Positions 63,041 through 64,000 of a stretch of DNA of 64,000 nt are shown one piece after another. The notes beneath the pieces are model-generated. The model made no database searches. It was not told where the DNA came from and saw only the letters and a list, made by a program, of their open reading frames with translations. The translations under genes and the position numbers were made by a program. The stretch spans positions 326,058,001 to 326,122,000 of the forward strand of contig OZ024740.1 in assembly GCA_964016885.1 (NCBI GenBank), given 5' to 3'. Within the stretch, counting starts at the first letter, position 1, and each line of letters begins with the position of its first letter. This DNA comes from Eledone cirrhosa (lineage: Eukaryota).

Positions 63041-64000
63041 GTCACAAAAAAAAAAAAAAATGCCAAATGAAAATTTGTCACACTAAAATCAATAGCTTGG
63101 TGTGATGTAGTATGTTGTGGTTTGGAGAAGTTTCTACAAAGATAGTCTTTTTCGACAGGTTTCCATGTCATAATTATTGATATGTGAAAAAAAAAAGTAA
63201 ATTGGGAACATCTTTAATGTCAGATTGGGTAGTAAGCACACAGAAAAAAAAATGTTTCACACCAAGATCAATAGCTTGGTGCGATGTAGTATGGTGTAAC
63301 TTGGTATGGTTTGGTTTGGTGAAGTTATGAAATGGAAACCAATTGTAAACGAAAGATTCCCATGTCATATTCATTGATAATGTGTAGGAAAATAGTCATT
63401 TGCAAGCACCTTTGATGTTAGTTTGAGGTGGTAAGCACAAAAAAAAAAAAAAAAAAGCAGGTAGCAAATTTGTCACATTAATGTCCATGTGATGTAAAAT
63501 GGTAGGAGTAGGTGTTCTGTAATAAATTTACCATAGAGTGAAGTATGGTTATGGTGACGTATATGGTGTGGATTGAGGTAGATTAATGTGATGTGGTGTG
63601 CTTTGTTATAAGTGAGGATTTAAATTTCCACTTTGATTTATGTTAGAAAAAAAAATTTTCCTTCATTTTTGCATGTTATCAACTTCCAAGAAGCTCGCAG
63701 TGGACTATGCTTTTAGCATATTAACAGAAAATATGACTTCTGCTGCAATAAAAAATGACTAGCTTTGTAAATGGCATTTCCACCCACATCCTCCCTCTTT
63801 TTTCTACAAAGCTAGTCATTTTCGACAGTTTTCCATGTCATAATTATTGATAATATGTGCGAAAAATAGTCAATTGCAGCACCTTTGATGTCAGATTGAG
63901 TGGTAAGAACACACAAAAAAAAAAAAAAGAAACAGGAAGAAAATTTTTCACACTGAGATCAAAAGCATGGTGTGATGTAGAATGGTGTAGTTTGTTGTGG
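63041..64000. repeat. Degenerate satellite array (~200-bp units)
   Basis: Recurrent TTTCCATGTCATAATTATTGAT, GATGTCAGATT..GTGGTAAG and GGTGTGATGTAG blocks. Confidence 0.65.

Overview
This is AT-rich, repeat-dense animal genomic DNA, most likely from a coleoid cephalopod such as Octopus (inferred from the [11 protein letters not shown]-type C2H2 arrays and the RTE/SINE families; not verified). The core is a cluster of three paralogous tandem C2H2 zinc-finger genes: A (minus, 21 fingers), B (minus, 26 intact fingers behind a decayed 5' part) and C (plus, 15 fingers). All three share a predicted two-exon architecture: a short non-coding exon 1 ending GAG|GTATTT, a TE-filled intron, and one exon carrying the whole CDS. 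B and C form a head-to-head inverted duplication. The remainder is RTE, CR1 and CRE LINE fragments, tRNA-derived SINEs, Helitron, Chapaev, mariner, hAT and TTAA-type DNA elements, and mini/microsatellites. A PHD/RING-like ORF missing from the ORF track runs off the left edge. I found no prokaryotic-type system. The most interesting signals concern zinc-finger array evolution: helix-only substitutions, possible finger exchange between genes, 5' decay with a new start codon, and promoter replacement by a transposon. All alignments were done by eye, and TE boundaries are approximate unless a TSD or terminal motif is cited.
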